From positions 1 through 64,000 of IMG/VR virus record IMGVR_UViG_3300027788_000010: 64,000 nt of DNA. One strand, written 5' to 3'. This document shows positions 59,268-64,000 of this stretch, one piece after another. A model generated the notes under the pieces. That model had not been told where the DNA came from, did no database searches, and was given only the letters and a program-made list of their open reading frames with translations. How positions within the stretch are numbered: position 1 is the stretch's first letter; each line of letters starts with the position of its first letter. Source of the DNA: a virus. A program made the translations under genes and the position numbers.

Positions 59268-60128
59268 TTAATCACCCACCTTAGATACTATAATTTTATT
59301 TTTATCACCTTTAGATGTGTCGTAAACAAGAAACTTAATCTCTGGGTAGTTACTACTTAGTTCATCTTCAATGTAACTAATTACAGCTTCTACATTTTTT
59401 TTATCGTCGTCACTGAACCCTATCGATAGGTTAGTGTGTTCACCATTCGCGATATTTTTAGCTCCCATAACAACCCTAGTCACATAATCCTTTAAGGCTA
59501 TTTTTTTACCCTCTTCAGGGTTATCAGCATCCGACTCTATACCGAATTTACTTCTAAATTCTAACGAACTAACCGGGGAATAATCATTTTCACCCAAGTA
59601 AAAATCAATTGTTTCTTCCAGACCCAACCCTCTTGCTGATGGGTATGATTCGGTTATATTCTCCACCATCTGACCTATTTCTTCAGGACTAAAGGTCATA
59701 CTAATTAATATCCTAACACCTTCTTTAATAGCGTTCGGTGATGTACCTCTAGCTGTTATTATGGAGAATGGGTTGGCGTAGATAAGAGATTCTTTAAATT
59801 TCTCAAAACTAGGGCCAAACATTTTTTCGTCTATGGCTTTTTTTGTGTCTCTTATAAAAGACTCTGGTTCTCTAAAATTAATAAAGGAATTTTTACCTAA
59901 CCTATACTTTGGGTCGTTCCTTAATTCAGCAAATTCAGTAGTACTTACATCAACCGGCACCCAATCACCACCATCACTACGTTCCATCTTTATTTTGGTT
60001 GGCATGTATAGAATGTTATCGTCCCAATCAAAAGAGTAACCCCTTATATCAGTACCCCTCAACACCTCACCAATCTCATTTACCAACATCTTAACTTGTT
60101 CTTCACCAATTATAAAACTTCTTTTCAT
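59268..60128 (-). CDS. HAD-superfamily phosphatase-like protein
   Basis: Motif I FDWDDNI, motif II IITARG, a conserved Lys (GKK), motif IV GFSDDD..N. Confidence 0.65.
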   Translation of the reverse strand: MKRSFIIGEEQVKMLVNEIGEVLRGTDIRGYSFDWDDNILYMPTKIKMERSDGGDWVPVDVSTTEFAELRNDPKYRLGKNSFINFREPESFIRDTKKAIDEKMFGPSFEKFKESLIYANPFSIITARGTSPNAIKEGVRILISMTFSPEEIGQMVENITESYPSARGLGLEETIDFYLGENDYSPVSSLEFRSKFGIESDADNPEEGKKIALKDYVTRVVMGAKNIANGEHTNLSIGFSDDDKKNVEAVISYIEDELSSNYPEIKFLVYDTSKGDKNKIIVSKVGD

Positions 60129-60144
60129 ATATTATAAATATAAA

Positions 60145-60174
60145 TTGTTTTTGTTAATTTTTTTATTATCTTTG
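60145..60174 (+). promoter_or_regulatory. Bacteroidetes/Flavobacterium-type primary-sigma promoter
   Basis: TTG (60145-60147), 19 nt, then TATCTTTG (60167-60174), matching the -33/-7 consensus TTG-N19-TAnnTTTG. It faces the + strand gene at 60267. Confidence 0.75.
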
Positions 60175-60266
60175 TAGTATAAATTACTCTATAAGTTGTA
60201 ACCACAAGGATAAATTTTACGTATAACTTACTACTAACCGAATGTCTAATTAATAAAATAAATAAA

Positions 60267-60932
60267 ATGAACAAACTACTAACAACTTTATTACTCATAC
60301 CAATTATCCTTACAGGGCAAAACAAAATAACTTGCATGTACGACTCAACAACTAATAAGTTTAATATACCAACTAATTTGGAGTTAATGTCTTTAGGTAC
60401 ACCTACAATAACTAATAACGACAAATTAATACCCATGGGTGAACTTGACGTTATAGAAATGGATATGGTTTTATTAGATTTAATTAACGACTATAGGGTT
60501 GACAATAACTTATCACCTATAAAGTTCAGTAATAGAGTTTGGGGTGTCGGTTTCCACCATACAACATATATGGTTAGGTCTGGAGATTTAAGTCATAACG
60601 AATCTACCGATTTAAACAATTTTGTAGAATTATCTTTTGATGAACGGGGTGGGAAACTTTGTGATACCGTAGGTAAGGGTTCTTTTTCAATAAGTGCTTA
60701 CGAAAACTTAGCTAGAGTTTATGATACTGGTGATTTGTGGGGTGTCGCTGAAAAAATACTAAATATGTGGATATCTTCCCCAGAACACAACAGTACTCTA
60801 TTAACCAAAACTAATAAATCTTCTTCTCTGTATGGAGCTTCAGTTTCCCATTCAAATAAAAAACGTGGTGTAGAACACACTAAAAACATATGTATTTACA
60901 CCACGTTAAATATCGTAAAAGTATTAAATTAA
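60267..60932 (+). CDS. Secreted CAP/SCP-domain protein
   Basis: Signal-peptide-like N-terminus; LINDYR..NNLSPI; HTTYM...LSH; ENLA; WISSPEH..LL. Confidence 0.8.
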   Translation: MNKLLTTLLLIPIILTGQNKITCMYDSTTNKFNIPTNLELMSLGTPTITNNDKLIPMGELDVIEMDMVLLDLINDYRVDNNLSPIKFSNRVWGVGFHHTTYMVRSGDLSHNESTDLNNFVELSFDERGGKLCDTVGKGSFSISAYENLARVYDTGDLWGVAEKILNMWISSPEHNSTLLTKTNKSSSLYGASVSHSNKKRGVEHTKNICIYTTLNIVKVLN

Positions 60933-61522
60933 CTTCTTGATGGGTTATAGTTTTTACCAGTAGTGTTCATTCTATTAAACATAGTTCTCATCTTATTAAT
61001 TTCAGATTCGTTAATTGTTTGTGTGGTCTTTAAACGACTAGACTCACCCATTTGACCTTTAGGTCGACCACCATCTGATTTTCCTCCACCAATGACACCA
61101 CAAGGTGGACAACCAAATAATTGATTTGGATTGCAATTATTATCACATTGCGCAGCTGATTTTCCTTTACTTTTAGGAACATCATCTTGAGTTGAAAATG
61201 TTTTCTTTTTTCCTTCACCCAACTCCCCCTCAACACCATCATCGTGGTCATGGTCATAATGGATATCATCTTCAAGGTCTTTAATGTGAACATGACCACC
61301 ATCATCATGTTTTAAATCATATAATTCCTCATCATCTTGACCCATATCTTCACCGTAATGTAGGGATTCTTCCCAACTAGAGTCTTCAGTCATTACACCT
61401 AAAAGTCTATTTAATTGTTCTTCTGTCATAACTATTTTTTGTTTTGCGTCCTTAGTAAAAGTTTTTTTATTACTTTTAGGTACACCAAGTTCTTCTGTTA
61501 ATACTTTTTTATTAAATTTCAT
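60929..61522 (-). CDS. Hypothetical low-complexity protein (His/Asp-rich, Cys cluster), possible internal head protein
   Basis: VLTEE, MTEEQLNRLL and INESEINKMR motifs; HYDHDHDD; CDNNC..CPPC. Confidence 0.6.
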   Translation of the reverse strand: MKFNKKVLTEELGVPKSNKKTFTKDAKQKIVMTEEQLNRLLGVMTEDSSWEESLHYGEDMGQDDEELYDLKHDDGGHVHIKDLEDDIHYDHDHDDGVEGELGEGKKKTFSTQDDVPKSKGKSAAQCDNNCNPNQLFGCPPCGVIGGGKSDGGRPKGQMGESSRLKTTQTINESEINKMRTMFNRMNTTGKNYNPSRS

Positions 61523-61528
61523 AATCTA

Positions 61529-64000
61529 TTATATATCTTCAAACGATGCACCTGTAGGTGTAATTAGGAATTCAATAAATATGAATTCTAGTGCTCTTGT
61601 TGGTTTTATGTAAATTTTACCATTCATTTCATTTCTATCAATTTCTTCTGGGTCATTAGAAAGTACAACTCTAAAGTCAGTTAAACCCCTATCTCTTCTA
61701 ATAGAGTCTAGAATTGGGTTAACTAAGTCTAAGAATTGTTGTCTTACTACATCATCATTTTGTTCAAATAATAATCTAACCGCAACTGCTGAAATTAATT
61801 TTCTAGTTTGTAATAGTAATCTTCTAACATTAATTCTATCTAAAGCTGATTCCTTAACTTGTAATGTTTTGTTACCAAAAATTATAGGCCCCACATCACT
61901 AAATGTTGCTATTGGATTTAATCTACCAACATAAAGTGTGTCTCTATCGTCTAAAGTAAGTTTTGTTCTAGCTTTAATGGCGTTTACAACACCTCTAGTA
62001 TAACCTGCCGACGCGAACCATGGAAATGCTATATTATCTGTCAATGCTAAGTTTCTAACCACCTCACCTGTTGGTGGGATGTATAATTGTTTATTTGTGT
62101 TATTGTCTCTAACTTGAACCCAAGGATAATAAGTTGCTGTGTAGTTTGAGTCTATGAAACTATCTTCCATATTATTTACAGCTTCTGTCGCGTCTATTTT
62201 ATTTTTTGGGTCTGTTGTTGTGTCTACGAATAAATTATAATCCGGTGTTGTTGTTATATACAACGAGTCAGCTCTTTCATTTTCAACCATATCTATAGTA
62301 TTGTTTACTAATGATAAATTATTGACGTAATCTATACCAGGTGTAACCAATACATTTATATCTACAGCTTCTGGATTTGAGAATTTGTGGATAGCTCTGT
62401 TATAAGCGTCATAGTCAGTATTTGACTCGGTTGTTGATATTTTCTTAAATGACCCTAGTCCTGTAGCGTCTGGGTAGGTTGTGTCTGAACAAGTACCGTA
62501 TTTATAACCAGTCATACCTAATCGGTATGTGTCCATATTTGTTCTAGTTTTTCTATACTCATCCCAACCATCAAACCCACCATAAGGAGCTAAAGTAAAT
62601 TTCCTTGATACTAATTTGTAATATGGGTCTGTTGTTTTTGTAGGTTCTGATTGGAAAGATGCTGCACCAACCATAAACATAGACTTACCACTTAATGTGG
62701 TTGCTGTGTTAGTTAAGTAAGAACCAGAACCGGCTACAACCACCGTTGCTCCAGAGTCCATATGGAACCCTTGTGTTAGAACAGGCCAGTCTGACCCACT
62801 AACATTTGTACATACGTTAGTTGGTGTCTTATACCCTTTATATTCGAAGAAATCAAAGTCAATCGCAGCACCCTCACCTGTAGATAACCCTAAGTAATTT
62901 TTTCTTATGTTATCCCCAGCTGAAATTGATGAGTTGGTTAAGTTACCAGCAGAATCAAAATATGGGTCATAAACTACCTCACCAGGTGTAAAATACTTAG
63001 TTTTCCATTGTGGGAATGGATTTGTAGTACTATCACAAGACTGTCTAAATTTATACCCTTCAAACCCTGATGGTAACGCATCTTTTAAATCACCTTCTAA
63101 TACCGAGTCAGTTAATTCTAACATAGTATATATTGATTTTAATTCGTAGTCACCGTCAGACGTACCCACTTTCCTACCTATAAAATTAGGTAATGTAGGG
63201 TTTAATGAACATCTAGTATATTTTTCGAACACTATTGGATTCGCGTCAGTATCGTAAAAGTCTCTAACAACAATATCAAACTCTAACCTTTCAAAAGAAA
63301 TATTAGTTATAGATATTTTATGTTCCCTATTTGCTGATGTACCATCAGATATCGAAATAAACCTAAACAACCTAGAAACATCAGTACCTCTTAATTCAGA
63401 AACGACGTAAGGTGTTGTTGGTGTTTGCCATTCATTCATATACCAACCTAAAGACGTTCTTAGTGTATTATTAAATCTAGCTGCTGGCCTATAACAACTA
63501 CAACAATTTATACCTCTAACATATTGTCGTCTGTAAAGATATTTTAATAGGTTTGGGTAAACTTCCTCAACAAAGATTGGTACTTCCGTATCTTTTCTAT
63601 CAAAAACTTTTCTACCTAATACTCTGGATATATAATCCTTTTTACTTGTATCTAACGATGTTGTAAATTTATGCACAATTCCTTCATCAGTTTTAGCTGA
63701 TATACCAAAAGAAGAAAACGGGTCTTTTAATAAATCCTGGAATACACCAGAACAATCTAAATCCACACCACCTTGTTTATAACCGTCACCAGTACTTGCA
63801 CTTATTTGGTATGTCGGACCACCACTAGTTAGAGTACTTTGACCTCTAGACCTTAACGTTGCGATTGTCATATTATGATAATCTGTATTAGCACTTACAC
63901 AATCGTAATTTGAATATGAACCACTAATAGATAACCCTAAGTATGTTACTGCTGAACAAGTACCTGTATAGAATGTTGTAAATGAAGATAGTGAATTTCC
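61529..64000 (-). CDS. Contractile tail sheath protein (T4 gp18-like), 5' truncated at the window edge
   Basis: The frame is open to base 64000. GGFDG; YYPWV; PWFASAGYTRG; RDTLY..RLNPI; FGNKTLQ..SALDRINVRRLL; LFEQND; IKPTRALEFI. Confidence 0.95.
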   Translation of the reverse strand, partial: GNSLSSFTTFYTGTCSAVTYLGLSISGSYSNYDCVSANTDYHNMTIATLRSRGQSTLTSGGPTYQISASTGDGYKQGGVDLDCSGVFQDLLKDPFSSFGISAKTDEGIVHKFTTSLDTSKKDYISRVLGRKVFDRKDTEVPIFVEEVYPNLLKYLYRRQYVRGINCCSCYRPAARFNNTLRTSLGWYMNEWQTPTTPYVVSELRGTDVSRLFRFISISDGTSANREHKISITNISFERLEFDIVVRDFYDTDANPIVFEKYTRCSLNPTLPNFIGRKVGTSDGDYELKSIYTMLELTDSVLEGDLKDALPSGFEGYKFRQSCDSTTNPFPQWKTKYFTPGEVVYDPYFDSAGNLTNSSISAGDNIRKNYLGLSTGEGAAIDFDFFEYKGYKTPTNVCTNVSGSDWPVLTQGFHMDSGATVVVAGSGSYLTNTATTLSGKSMFMVGAASFQSEPTKTTDPYYKLVSRKFTLAPYGGFDGWDEYRKTRTNMDTYRLGMTGYKYGTCSDTTYPDATGLGSFKKISTTESNTDYDAYNRAIHKFSNPEAVDINVLVTPGIDYVNNLSLVNNTIDMVENERADSLYITTTPDYNLFVDTTTDPKNKIDATEAVNNMEDSFIDSNYTATYYPWVQVRDNNTNKQLYIPPTGEVVRNLALTDNIAFPWFASAGYTRGVVNAIKARTKLTLDDRDTLYVGRLNPIATFSDVGPIIFGNKTLQVKESALDRINVRRLLLQTRKLISAVAVRLLFEQNDDVVRQQFLDLVNPILDSIRRDRGLTDFRVVLSNDPEEIDRNEMNGKIYIKPTRALEFIFIEFLITPTGASFEDI

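Noticed and set aside
60125-60436. Minus-strand 103-aa ORF upstream of the HAD gene
   Set aside because: It is antisense to the CAP gene and runs across promoter DNA, with a low-information hydrophobic translation.
1-64000. Stop-codon reassignment, as in some Bacteroidetes phages
   Set aside because: Genes are full length under the standard code and tile tightly. TAA, TAG (e.g. 36492, 35560) and TGA (688, 43752) all occur at sensible gene ends.
33723-64000. Extracellular contractile injection system or tailocin
   Set aside because: The tail genes are interleaved with a phage-type SSB, recombinase, helicase and RNR, with primase and resolvase nearby. No cellular housekeeping context is seen.
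1-64000. tRNA, rRNA or structured ncRNA genes
   Set aside because: Intergenic gaps are short and AT-rich. No cloverleaf or T-loop motifs were seen by eye. A tRNAscan/Infernal run would be needed to exclude them fully.

Overview
This window is a gene-dense, AT-rich, almost entirely minus-strand segment of a large T4-like myovirus (probable jumbo phage). Read in transcription order (right to left) it encodes: tail sheath (truncated at the window edge), a few small inserted genes, tail tube, a tail-assembly chaperone pair, a probable tape-measure protein, tube-initiator and LysM/gp53-like baseplate genes, and a 2069-aa hub protein with a C-terminal M23 peptidase. An embedded replication/recombination block follows (gp32-like SSB, RecA/UvsX, FKBP PPIase, 5'-3' exonuclease, DnaB-like helicase, class II RNR, DUF5522-like protein). 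Then come gp25- and gp6-like wedge proteins, about 31 kb of large Ser/Thr/Gly- and Cys-rich baseplate/fibre-like genes, a RuvC-like resolvase, a primase and a convergent PD-(D/E)XK nuclease. A TTG-N19-TAnnTTTG promoter and A-rich leaders without Shine-Dalgarno sites point to a Bacteroidetes (Flavobacteria-like) host. The most notable signals are: (1) a start-less 65-codon ORF reachable from the chaperone gene through a UUU_UUU_CGC site, a candidate programmed +1 frameshift; (2) a recurring TATTTAT motif upstream of genes that is the reverse complement of the T4 late promoter; (3) a pervasive [S/T][G/A]x[S/T] motif confined to putative virion proteins, possibly a modification sequon; (4) apparent absence of GATC. 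All function calls are from motifs read by eye. No database searches were run.
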